Source of the DNA: Bugula neritina
Taxonomy: Eukaryota; Animalia; Bryozoa
NCBI GenBank assembly: GCA_964035545.1
Contig: OZ037766.1
Location: 17,571,081 to 17,635,080, forward strand
DNA: 64,000 nt
Direction of reading: 5' to 3'
The number at the start of each line of letters is the position of its first letter. Position 1 is the stretch's first letter. The notes below the pieces were generated by a model that searched no databases, was not told the origin of the DNA, and was given only the letters and a program-made list of their open reading frames with translations. Below are positions 1 through 12,800 of this stretch, in pieces. The translations under genes and the position numbers were made by a program.

Positions 1-471
1 TTTCGGGCCAGTACCACTTCTCTTGCACACTGATTAATGTTTTATAATGACATTTAGATGATATTGCTTATGTATGGTCTGCACCACTTTATGCCTCAAG
101 CAAAATGGTAAACAATCTCCTTACTTCCCTCAATCATAGGTAGTTATAATTAGCAAATTAGATTATTATGCAAACAGTACATACATAAATAATCGTTGCT
201 GTGATGGTTTTTGTAAACTTTGTTGCTACAATAAGTTAGTAATAGGCAGTTATATTAAAATTGAATATATTGCAGATATGTTAGCATCATAGTTTCTAGG
301 AATATAATCAAAAAAAATTTAGTTTCAAACTATAATAAGGATTGCACTAGTTTTAGCAGGGTGGTGGTGTTAATTGTAGCAAAAAAGCTGCTTTTGTAAT
401 CAGTTGTTTTCAACATGAATCAAGTTGGTGTTATATTTTAGGTAAAATAAGACAACCATGAAAAATAAGGT

Positions 472-3400
472 ATGAAAATGAGCCCATTTGTTCAAGGCAT
501 AACCTACATGAAAAGGTTCACAGCTTTGCAGCTGCTCATGGTATCAACAATTTTCCTACTCATTTTTACGGCTATATTCGGGGTAAGTAGGGTTAAATTA
601 AACTATTTTGTTATGAATATTGGGAGTAAATGATATCCTAAGATTTAAAAGTTGTTGGTAAAATTAACAGGTATACTGGATTATTCTCTGGTATCTTAGC
701 ACAATCTGTATTATGTAGGTATGGTTTAGTTTAACTGTAGTATTTCTTTATGCAACTACTAACTGTCTCTGGAGTCTGCAGTTGCAATCGATGATTAGAA
801 GTGTGATACAGACCTCTTTCACCTCACCAGCTTTGCTCCAGTCTGATGACTATTCAGGTTGGTCACTGGAAAACTTTCCATGCATTCTTGTAAGCAACTT
901 CTGTTTTTGAAACCTGTCAACTTTTTAGTGGTTAGATTCATTGCAAAAACTTATTTAAAACTAAAGAAATGGCTATTACTTTTATTTATAATAGTTTTAA
1001 GAATATTTTTTCGGTTAATTGTTTTGATCTTAATAGTAGTTTGAGTAATGAATTAGTACAAGATGAAAAATGCAATTTTGTTCATATTTCAGACACCAAC
1101 TCTATTTCCCTTATTTTCAGAACAAATAATTATTTCATTTTCTTAACGAAAAATTTATATATTTTACTGATGGTTAGTTGCCATGTCATCTGCAAGGATT
1201 TTATTAGCATTCTTAGCAGCAGCTATCTGTTAAATTCTATTTTCTAGGAAAAATTGTTTATACTTTGCATTTTTTTCTGATTCATGGTGTAATATGGCTT
1301 TGTATATCTTATTTTAAGATGATGGTTAGTTTTGAGATGCTTGATTTCTTATCTGCACTGTCAAATCATAACCTCATCACATGAGTTGCCCATGATGCAT
1401 TTCTCAATATAGTGATTATATTGTAGAAACTTGGCGACAGGTGGGAACAATAAAAAGTCATATCAATAGCTCATTTATATTAAGCTGGACCAATAAAGTA
1501 CAGTTGGATGATTCAGTTGAACTCGATCTTTCTACTGCAGCAAACTTGTTGGTCGACAAACTCCTAGCTTCAATCTCATCAGAAAGATTAAATGTATATT
1601 CTATCATCACAGACCTCCTTATTGGTGTTCACCTTCATGTACTAAAGTAGGTTGTTTGTATATTTGATACCCAATTCATATATATCTGTGATATACAAAT
1701 GCACAAGCATTACAAAATTATTTTTCCTGAAAACTTTATTTAGTTTAAAAGTTTGATCTCATTTCTTTTTCAGATAAAAACATACACCAAGCTTTATAAT
1801 TTTTTTTTTCAACAGTTGTTTCCAACATAAAACTTTTCCTTTGATTATCGGTTTTTTTAGATTAAATCTAAAATATATTAAATGGTGTTTAGTCATGCCA
1901 TAAAACATTTCCTAATTTAGTCTGGGTAAAATATGTGATCTTATTCATTCTCTTTCTTCACTCAAACCCTGCTTTCTGCTAAAAAGATTTTTTGTGGTAT
2001 AAAATGAGAAATTCCAACTACACAAATAAATGTTTGAGCTTTTAAGACATTTGAAGTAGTCTGTTTTATTTTGGGCTCACCTATATTGGCACACGTTGAA
2101 TTATTGAGAATATATTTTGCAAGAAAATGTAGTAATGATTTTCAGGGTATCATTGGTTTTTGCTTATGAAGCGACAAAGAATTTTTCTGACAATGGTTTG
2201 AGATTCTGTGTTTTTGTTGGCTCTATTAGTTACAGTGTTACAAATCTTATAAAGTAAGTATTGTATACATTACAATGTGTTATATGCGTCTTTAAGGTAT
2301 CATGCAGCACTTATAGAACCTGTGCAAAGAAAGCACACAGCTGTACCAAAAAACAAGGTCTCCGTCCAATCAAGATACTTGTCGGTGTCTCTTAAAGAAT
2401 GGGAACAAGGTCACAATGTTGAGCAGCGGCACTTCCTTCGCCTTATAACCAGACAAGTGCTGTGCACACTTCTTCCTGTGGAACATCCTTCACCCTTAGC
2501 TTTAGAGGCTTTAACTGGTATTATATCAGAAAATATGCTAGATGAGCTTCTTGTATATTTGAGTAAAAAAGAAAATTTGCTAAAGTTGGTCTGCACCATA
2601 TTAGCCGAAGATTATGCCACAGCTATAAAGGCAGCTGAGTTGACCAACCCTATGCCAGCTGTGAGTCCCAGTCTTGGAGATCACGACTCAAAAACAGGAA
2701 ACTGCCCCCAGCCCCTTAGTGCCGAGTGTAAGGGTACTAGTCAGTGCACAGTGGGTAACGTTCAAGTGGTAAGTGACAGGGAGGAAGCTTTGCTTAAAGA
2801 ACACGGCAGTCGACTGGCAGACTCTGAGAGTGGATATGTATCCGGGAGTATTTCAAAATATTTGAAAGTTACACTAAATGACAAGCCATCCAACTCAATT
2901 GAGCACTTATTTGATGAACAGCCAAAGACTTTAGCTATGTTGTCACTTTCACCAGCTATATCCATGGCTGCACCTTTGAAGTTAGATGAAGAACTGCGCT
3001 CTGAAACTAGGGACACCTGTACTTTTACACCTGCGTCTAAAATGTTGCCAGCGGTTACTAGTCATTCCCATAATTCTATACCAATGGCTATACCAACAAA
3101 AGCTTTGGTTACTCATCCAAATCACATAAAGGAGTCCAACATAGGTGTTTCACTTTGTGATAGGTCAAGTCCTCAAATAAATGGCCAATCAATGGACTCG
3201 GGTCTTGCAGATGTCACTTCAGAAATATTTGGATGCTCATCTGATTCACCATTGGCTAATTTGTATAAAGGTCAGTTAACTGCTTGCATGTAAAAATTGA
3301 AGCTGGCTCATATGATTATGAAAAGCAGAGCAAGCTTTAGGCTCACATCATTGTTCTTTTGCGTTATTTTATTGCATGTTTATATGATTGACTCTATTGC

Positions 3401-6400
3401 TGGCCAGCAGCATATTATATGTATGTTTTGCTGTAGGAGTCAAGTTCTTGTCTATAGTGATTCCAACCACCTCCACTGGTGCTGGGAGAAAGGGATCATC
3501 CAAGTACACACTGTATGATATTAAGTATCAAGCTGTGTACTCAAGTGAAGAGGGTGACAAATTTGAAATTAAGGATCGAACAGTATATAGGTCTGTTAGA
3601 TAATAGATACCATCTTCATTTTCTCAGTTTTTGTGTTTAAAATGAGTTTTCAAGAATCTTGTTGCTGTTTAAGGAAAATACCAAATAATTTTATGGGAAT
3701 AAAGCCTATATATGTAAAAGTTGTGTAATTATTTCTTTTACAGTTGATAATTTGTATATAAAACAAAGTTTTATCGTAAAGTTTAGGTGGACTGCCCTTT
3801 GTTTTTGCTATTTTTGTAATCATAATATATAATCAAGTTTATTTGTCAACAAAGAGAAAATATTTGTGTTCTACAGAATTTTAGCAAGTGGCTTAATTTG
3901 CTAACTGGACTTGTATTTTTGGCTAATAGAATCGTCTGGTAATTTTATACCTACTTTCTTTTTAATCTTCCGAAACATTTTGTTCAATCGACTTCAGCAT
4001 GTTTTTGTTGTTACATATAGGCGGTACCGAGAGTTTATAAACCTTAGAGGGAGGTTGGAAAAGTCTAGTCTGTATGCCAAAGCACTAAAGTCCATCAGCA
4101 CCCCATCCTGGTGGCACCAGCTTTCTCTTGCAGCTCGTAAGCCACAAGAAGTAGAAAAACGACGTGCAAAACTGGAAACATTTTTACAGCAAGTAAAGTT
4201 GTAGTATAAATTACAAAAAATTCATGATTTTTAATTTCTTTTTAGAACTTAGAATTGATTACTCCCAAAGCTTGTATGTATTGTCACTTTCTGTCTAGAG
4301 CTAAGTGTTGGAAAATTTAATTTTTTATGGTTATACATTTTTAGCACACGATCATAGCATCAATTCATTGACTTGTGTCAAAAAACGAAGTCACAATCTC
4401 TTTTTAACAACCTGTAATGCTTTAATTTCACTAGCTGATTGCCCAGCCAGTATTGAGCTCATCTAAAGATGTGGAAGAGTTCCTAGCTTATAATGGAGGT
4501 GCAGAGATTGAGTTTGTGCAGGAAAACATAGAATTTATACCTCCTGCTGTTAGGCTAGATAAGGTATTCACTCTATTTGTCTTATCAGCTCAACTCAGTT
4601 TTGTCATTGAAACTATTAAGTTAGTTACATAAGATTGAGCTTCTGCTGATTTTAAACCAAGATTTTTTGAGGCTCCTGGTTTGAGTCTAAGTTTAAAAGT
4701 AAAGCTGCAATGACCTAAGCTTGTGAACTTATAGTTTTACTAGTTTTGTAAAGTTTAGTACTTATATTTACTTATAGTTTTGCATACTTTTAACAAGTGT
4801 TTAAACACACCACATTATTGTATTTTATGCAATGGCTGTTGGAGCACTGTATTATATATGTGTTATGCTTAAGGTTATGATTCGCATGTTTGACCGGGTG
4901 ACTGATAGGTTGACAACACAGTCTTCTGCAGCAGATTCAACTGATCCTTCTGCTATTGGGAGGAAAAAATCAAAGCAAGGTACAAGTTTATCAGTATGCT
5001 TAGTGCTTTGCTGCTCGGCCAATTGTGCTCTTTATGGTATATCAAATTTTGAAATGTAGGACATGGCTTATTTCTCTAATGTAGCGAACTTTCATTATTG
5101 ATTTATATGTTTAAAAAAAGTGCACCTAACTTCTTCAAAATTGCTAAACTCAAATAAGCAAGGTCTAGATAGAGTCTGTCACTTTAATTAGGACAGAAGT
5201 GCACAGAAATCTATATTTTTTGTCTCAGTTCAATTTAGGGCGCTTTCGGATTCCCTACGCGTAGCCTACTGGGCTCATCGATGAATTTGCTCACTTTCTC
5301 TCCGTCGAGTACCCCTCGATGAGCTTCTTTTTCGATGGGGTACGCGATGGCTACCGAATGCATCGCGTAGGGGTGCACGTAACACTCATCGAGTAGGGCA
5401 ACAAGTTTTTAATATGGCCTTCGACCTTACTGGCTGCACAAGTATTGACATTTATTTTCATAGCACGCGCTGGGCGGGAACTACTAATTTTAATAGCATT
5501 ATTATTATTGCTGTGGCCTGCGAGTTTGCTACTTGAACTCCAAGCTTTATCAGGTAACTTCAAAAATTGTTCAACATTGGTCTTGAAATGGTGCATAGTC
5601 TAATTGAAAGTATAATTTTAAGATATCACTTTAAAATTTTTTATTTCATATTTATAATAAGTATAAAAGTAATACTAATACTTAAAGTTAATAGTAATAC
5701 TTACTAATACTAATAGTAATAGTAATAGTAATCCTCGGATTAGTAATACTTATACTAATAGTGATACTAAATCTAATACTAATAGTAATAGTAATAACTA
5801 ATACTAATACTAATAGTAATACTACTACTACTACTATTAGTATTAGTATTACTATTAGAATACTAATACTAATAGTAATAGTATTACTAATATTAATTCA
5901 CTAATCAGTAATACTAATACTAATTGTATTTGTAATAAATATAACATTAAGTTTAACATTATGATTATGATTATTAATATTTGCATTATAATAATAATTA
6001 TTATTAATATTATCATTATCGTTATTGATTATCATTATGATTGTCACCTATCACTAAATTATATCAGTATTACTATCACTATGATTATGAGTATCAGTAT
6101 GACTATCACTATGAGACATGATGATGATTATGAGTATGACTATCAGCATCACTATGAAATATGAATATGATTATAAAATAAATATATTATTGCAGTTACT
6201 GTTAGTATTAGTATAAAATTTAATTATACTTAACAGTTATAAATAGTTATGTTCATAAATATAATATTAATATAAATAATATTATTGAATTTGATAGCAT
6301 TGAATTTCATGAAATATTAAAGTTTTATTAAATGCAAATATTATAATAGTTGATAGTTTTAATCCTGCAATTGTATGATTGATATTCTAAATTACTGTAT

Positions 6401-8645
6401 TTTACTTTTAGCGTATAACTTCTTGTTTTAGTCTGAGTCGATGGGATGGAGAAGCAGATTTGCCAATGACTTGACAGGTGCTACTGAGGAGTGCTAGTAG
6501 ATGTGGCTGTCCTGACATTCTGCAGATTTGCCAAAATTTCTTTATCAATGTTTTTTTAGTCAATCACTATAACTTTTGCTGTAAAATTACATTTCTGTTC
6601 CATTCATATTGTGTTGCTATAATAGAACATATACAATGTTGTTTACCATCATTATAATCATTCGGGTATTTTGATAATGCCTTGTAGATTTTGTAATGTA
6701 CTATTTGTTTTTTTAAGTTATAAATCTTCACTCACTGCTTTAGTACTATGTATATACTAGCTATTTTTATCTAATTTAGGCCATTAGTATTATTTAGGCT
6801 AATCCAAACAGCTCATATATTGCCATATAACTTCAATTGTGTAGTTACAACAAGCTGTTGTCACCATTGTATTTTTATTGCTATTAGCAATTATAATTAC
6901 TAACATGATAATTATTATCAAGTGATAGAATGACCTATTTCCATTGGTTTAGTAGCATTCTAGGCTCCACATGCATAAATGAAAAAGCATTTCATTTGAA
7001 TTTTGGCGAGTTGCAACACTTAAATGTAAAATTGTCTTCTCTTTGTATTAGAGTATGTACACGGTAGCAAGGCATACAGCTACTAACCAGGCTAAAATAT
7101 CATAATAATTTCAAGTTGTAGAAAAATATAAACAATGTAATTGAAACATTGAATGAATGATGAAATAAATATTTTGTTCTGTTGGTGTAAAGTGACTATA
7201 ACTTCAAGTAGTAATTAATATTCAGCTTGAGAACTAGAGATTAGCTGCTAGTATAATAAAAAAGTACATTGGAGAAAACAGCAGTTGAGCGGAAGTTCTA
7301 CAAACATTCTTTCTGCGAATGGTTTCGCTAATGTAGCTTTAAAATCTCGGTGTGTTATTAGTTACTAAGGCTAATACTTTGATCGATGCGTGTTCGGTAA
7401 CCACGAGTACCCTGGGTACGCGTAGGGGTAACTACCTATTCTATCGCTTACACTCGTTTACAAAAATGACGCAATGTCAGAGTAAAATTACTGTAATTGC
7501 TCGAATAATTGCGCCCTACGCGTGATGGTTACCGAACGGTCATCGCGTAGGGCCTACAGTTACCTCTACGCGTAGGGAATCCGAAAGCGCCCTTAATCCT
7601 TTTTCAATGGCGTGGTAAAGAAAGTAGCTTTAGACTTCAGAGTAACCCAATCAGCACACTTTTTATCTGTAATAGAAATGGTACACCTGGAATAATATAG
7701 TTGCTATTGCTGTGTAGGAAAACATAGGCATAAGTTGCTTTGGAAAGTCATGTGAAGTTTTACTTCAGTTTAAAAAATTGTCAATTTTTTTATCTCTAAT
7801 TATATGCTATTCTACTTGTTTGAATTATAATGTTTACTGTAACAATATATGCCATTGACCAAGAAGTTGCTACTTTTTCAAATATAATGTATTTTGAGGT
7901 CATAGTGAAATCTTTGGTCTTATTGAAATTCGCATGAGAACTTTCCATTTCGCAAAACCCACAGCACCAGACTACATTTTACTACAATTCCGTGTCTTTT
8001 GCATCAACTTGTTCAAAATTATATTTACTTTTGATAGAGGATGCAGCTCTTAGATATTGTTTGGGTTGGACTATTACTCATCAATCAGAATTCTTTCCAT
8101 CAGATTTCCTCAGTGTTCAGGAAAAACTAAATCACAACCAACCTCTCAGTTTCTCTACCTTACCAGATACTGAAATAAAAATCAGTGATGCCTACCATGA
8201 TCAAAGTCAGAAATTAGCAGATGCTCTCTTCCAACTAGCACTTCTGCTGTTTCAACGTCACTCGGATTCTAGTAAAAACAGTAAGATGGTCTCTGCTGTG
8301 GGCTCCATCCTACTACCTTACATATCACAGTGGTCACGGAACAAAGTTTTAAGTTATAGCACTGCACCAGAATTAACTAGACTGCTTCATCTATTCACCG
8401 ACACTCTGTGGCCAGAAGTGAAAGAGCAAGCGAAAAGCTATGATATAGAGCATTTAGAAGCCATCGCTAGGCAGTGTGTGATAAATGCATTGCCTGCACC
8501 AGTTGTGTTGCTGCTGAAGCACCATGTCAACCAGATCATTACTGATGTGTTTGAAATGATGAATGATGAAGAGCTAAATAAACAGCTATTATATGTACTC
8601 GTTGGCCAGCTTCTGAAAAATTCTCTTTCATTTGTGGTTGATTGA
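472..8645 (+). CDS. SNX19: Sorting nexin 19-like (N-terminal TM helices, PXA, PX, PXC/Nexin_C; no RGS domain); spliced
   Basis: Phase-compatible GT-AG exons at about 472-582, 719-857, 1427-1646, 2297-3270, 3437-3590, 4021-4192, 4435-4563, 4874-4979 and 8038-8645. Hydrophobic N-terminus; PXA-like FILSW and FLRLITRQVLCTLLP; PX motif YTLYDI...V(Y)RRYREFINL...VEKRRAKLETFLQ. The post-PX segment LIAQPVLSSSKDVEEFLAYNGGAEIEFV...RLDK resembles SNX19 (EEVQEFLALNTDARIAFVKKPFMVSRIDK). PXC-like LNKQLLYVLV. Start codon is less certain. Confidence 0.82.
5238..7592. mobile_element. Non-autonomous PIF/Harbinger-type DNA transposon in last SNX19 intron
   Basis: Perfect 27-bp TIR GGGCGCTTTCGGATTCCCTACGCGTAG at both ends; 3-bp TTA TSD (5235-5237 and 7593-7595); CpG-rich subterminal repeats; no transposase ORF seen. 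Confidence 0.85.
5670..6300. repeat. Degenerate (TAG/TAA/TAC/ATT)n low-complexity tract inside the Harbinger element
   Basis: Runs such as aatagtaatagtaat, actactactact and attatgattatt; produces the spurious ORF 5961-6164. Confidence 0.85.
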
Positions 8646-9811
8646 ATGCTGCTTCTGTATTTATATATTTATTTAAGCATTTTTAATTAACAAATTTTGT
8701 TGATAACTTATGTTTTATCTTTGAATTCTATTTTTATCAAATTTTGATTCAACTAATCATTGGAATTTTCCTCATTGTTTTTTAATTAATCTGCTTGTGC
8801 AGTTCTAGTTTTGTTATGTTTTTGTTATGCAGTGTTATGACATACTTGCTCAGCCTTGAATTATCAATTGTTTCTCTATGAATGTGTAATAACTAAAATC
8901 TAAGTGTATTACATGTAATAAAATGGTTTGCACAGGTTTTATGCAAAGCTTAACAGTATACTATTCAATATGTAAATAATTGAGCATTTTATAACTGCTA
9001 GAATACTGTTTTCTCAATTCTTACTTGCAACTATTACTTAAAATATATACTATACCTGATGAGTGAGACATACAATTCTGAAAGTAACATGATTGAATAA
9101 AGTTTGAATTTCTAACCATTAGGTTATACTGCTGGATAGCTTTTATTTTTTTAACATAAGTTGTGCATGTGTATACATGAATAATACTAAATAAATTTTC
9201 AGATGGAAAATTATTCAGAAATTTAAAGTGTACGAAAAGCAAAGGTATAAAAATATACAAATAGTTTTATGTGCTACAGAATATAAACATGTGAGTGCAA
9301 ATAAGTTCAATTTAAATATACAGTTCATACTATTTTAGATTTTTGGAAACTGTTGAAATCCTTGTGGCCCATAAAATAAATTATCTACATTATTATAGAA
9401 CATATGCTTTATAATTAATTGCAGCATAAAAAGGGCTTAAATTATGAATTTTGAAATGCAGCAGAAATGCATAGGCTTTTGTAATGCAGAGAGTTTTAGC
9501 CATTATTTAGAACAGTCATTTCCCACTCAATTATCTTTAATGGAAAATAAACACATTTTTAGCACAAATGTGAAATTGAAGAAACAATTATCAATGAAAG
9601 CAAACTAAAATGTTTGAAGTATAGGTTAAGGTCACACATTCTAGCAATAATACTAAGTTTTTAACATTAAAAAATAATTGACATGCACAAAATAAATTTT
9701 AGGATTAATAATGCCAAAACTCTAGTAACATCGTAATTTAGGCAAAAGGCCTAAATTCTGCTAAATAAATTGTAAGTTACAGTGTTGCCACCACACTGGT
9801 CTAGCAGACAT

Positions 9812-12800
9812 TTAGTTGCTTGAGATTCTTATATTGATGGATGCAGCAGCAGCAGTGTGAACAGCTTCTCTGACAGCTGCCATCAAGTTCTTGGCATTTT
9901 CTAACAACATTTCTGTAGCTTGCTTGTCGTTAGAACAGCCAACTACAAACAAATATGATCCGCAAATATAATTTTAGTTTCAAGGTGGTGATTGGAATGC
10001 TCATATCAACAGCATGGCATGTAATAACACAGATTTGTCAATAACTACTAACATTCAGCATATAAATATAATGTTTATTGCTAGAAAAAAATTACCCAAA
10101 TGAATTTCCTATCCCATGCAAACCATATTAGAAAGATGGTTTGGCTCCTAAATACTAAATATAGTTTTACTGCTAAATATCAGTCAAAGAGTTCTATATG
10201 TTTAACAACCTAAACTTCATGTGTGTATGTAAATTTTGAACAAACTTATTTATTGTGTAATCTACTAATTCCGACTAAAAGTCACATCCATCCTGCTAAC
10301 TAGCAAACTTAGTCAATATAAACGTAAAATAATAATTTGTAAAATTTAACTACAAACACAACAGATTTTTGGTAGAAAATAATATAATGGATTAGAAACC
10401 CTCAAACCTATTTGAAAGACAAATCATTTAATAAATATGAACCAACAAAGTATTCACTGACGTAGCTAGCAAGTTTCAATTTAATTTTTTCCGGCCAAGC
10501 GACAAAAAACCAAAGTGTCCGTGAATCATTTTATTACTTTATTTTAAACATACCTGTACCAGAGCCAATTGTTGCTGCTTTTACTGTGCATACCATCTTT
10601 AGTTGTGTTGCAAGTGTAGGAATTCGTTCATAAAGCTTTAGCAGCAACTAAATAATGAGAAACAATAAAGAATTACTTCAATCGAGAAACTGTTTAATTG
10701 AATGCAAAATCTAACTGCATATACATAGTTTAAAGATGTGCATCAAAAATGATTTTTTTTTTTATATTAAACATTTTTAAATTATGTTAATATGTCAGCT
10801 GTACTTTGTTACCTTTAAAAAACACTATGTTGGCTAGAATGCAGCAAATTTTCAACTAGGTACCAGAAGTTTTTCACCAATTTTATTTACTGTTCATGGT
10901 GATTGTTCATTTAACATTGCTTTTATTTGCTACTAAAAACTATTATTTTTAGAGTGAATTGTGGCAGCTATGCATTAAAATCTTTAAGGGCCTACTAAAT
11001 TTTTAACACATAAATATAAGTTGTTTCAATATTATGATAAATACCACTAAACAGCAATAACCAAAATTGACAGCTATTGTCAATTTTAAACATACTCTGT
11101 TAACATTTCTTAGCATTTACATATTTTTAACTGTCTTCACATCGCATTGAAGTTATTAGATATTACAGCTTCACTTTACAGTTTAACACTTATTTACAGT
11201 AGAACTAATTGTGTGTTATCGTGGGTATTATCAACAACAGTTTTAAAATAGCTGAGCTTAATCTTAAATTGCTGCAAATAAATTTATTTGATATATAATC
11301 ACAGTTTACTTACAGACTGACTATACTCATCAGCACACTTCATAGCCAGATGTTTAGTGAGACAAGAAAGTGCATCGCTTGTACAAGATATATTTTGGGA
11401 TGATTGTAGCAACCGTTCCTTAGTACATCTGTCATTTCTAAAATGTTTTACAAACGTAAGCATGAGAAACCCTGGTAAAGAGGTCTTTTTAGCAGACTAA
11501 TGAGCTTTTCCATTGTAGTAAAGGAGCAATTATGACTGAATGCTCTTTTTTAACATCACCTTTATTAGGGTTCAAACCGCTGACCTTGTGTTTGCTATAA
11601 TTAGCCATTGCTCTAAAGTCTAACCACTAAGCTATGTAAAACTTAAATTAGGAGAGGTAATAATTTTTTGTTACATTTAACTATTGAAATTCTGAAATGA
11701 ATTGTATAGTAAATAGTTGAAGATCTGCAAAAAGAAAAGATTGTTGGCATACCTTACTAGATCGACCAACTTTGACATAACCATAGCAAGCTTTTTAGCT
11801 GTAAGTATTAAATCACTGTCTGCACTTGCCCAGTTTGTCTGTTTATCAACACCTTCTCCCTGGGAATATATCATATTTATAAATATATCAATGACCTATA
11901 TAATAGATACTCATATCATAGGGCTAATGAGTCACATTTAGAAGGAAGAATTGAACCTACAAGATGACATGGCTTACATTCAAAAGTAAACAGCTATCTA
12001 TGCTCAATTGTGAATTGGTTTTTATGATATACCGTTTATATAGGCAGTGGTAGGTATGGCACAAGGTGTATTTATATTTATAGATACAATAGCAGATGTA
12101 TCAACTGGTTTCATCTATACCTGCTACGCAAATGAATTTTTCATTCCATGTTTGGAAACAGTTGCATCAAATCAAACCGCAACCATAAGCTGATGCAAAC
12201 CGAAACCACAAATCTATCTTATCCAATTGCGTAATGTATGTAATGGAAATACAGTGATAGATAAAATTATAGTAAATATAGATACTAAATTTGGGTGTTT
12301 ACCTTCATAAGTGAATGCTGGTGAAAAACCTGATTGTCTGTGTTTGCAGGATTAGCAAACAGCATCAGCTGACTACTGAACGACTGATCACCTAAACAAT
12401 AATCATACAATGCAGAATGAAACTCGACTAGATATTATGCCAATGTATACATATATATAGCTAGGGCAGTCTTTCTTTATATAAGTACTCAGCAGAATCA
12501 TTCAATATATACAAAATGAAACTTAAAATACAAAAGGAAGTTTTAAACTTACATTAGTATAATTTACTTTGATAGTTTATCAACTCTCCTGAATGTCTTT
12601 TAGCAAAATTTTGAATTGCAGCATTTAAAGCAAAGATCACCAACCTGTATGTTTTTTGTAAGTTCTGAGATTTGCTTCTGATAAGCAGAGGGACTTTAGT
12701 TGATTAACTTTTACTTGCCACACCTGTTTCACTTTGGTGAAGTGTTTTTGAAACACATTGTTGTAAGGGTTGCTAAATAAGAGCTTTGCACCCCAAACCA

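Noticed and set aside
671-718. Apparent in-frame TAG in SNX19 exon 2 if the acceptor at 670 is used
   Set aside because: The TAG at 716-718 is itself a good acceptor (TATTATGTAG|GTATGG) that keeps the frame, so no readthrough or pseudogene is needed.
11520-11635. Possible tRNA gene (A and B boxes)
   Set aside because: No convincing cloverleaf, and the boxes are attached to a body shared with a second dispersed copy, so it is a SINE.
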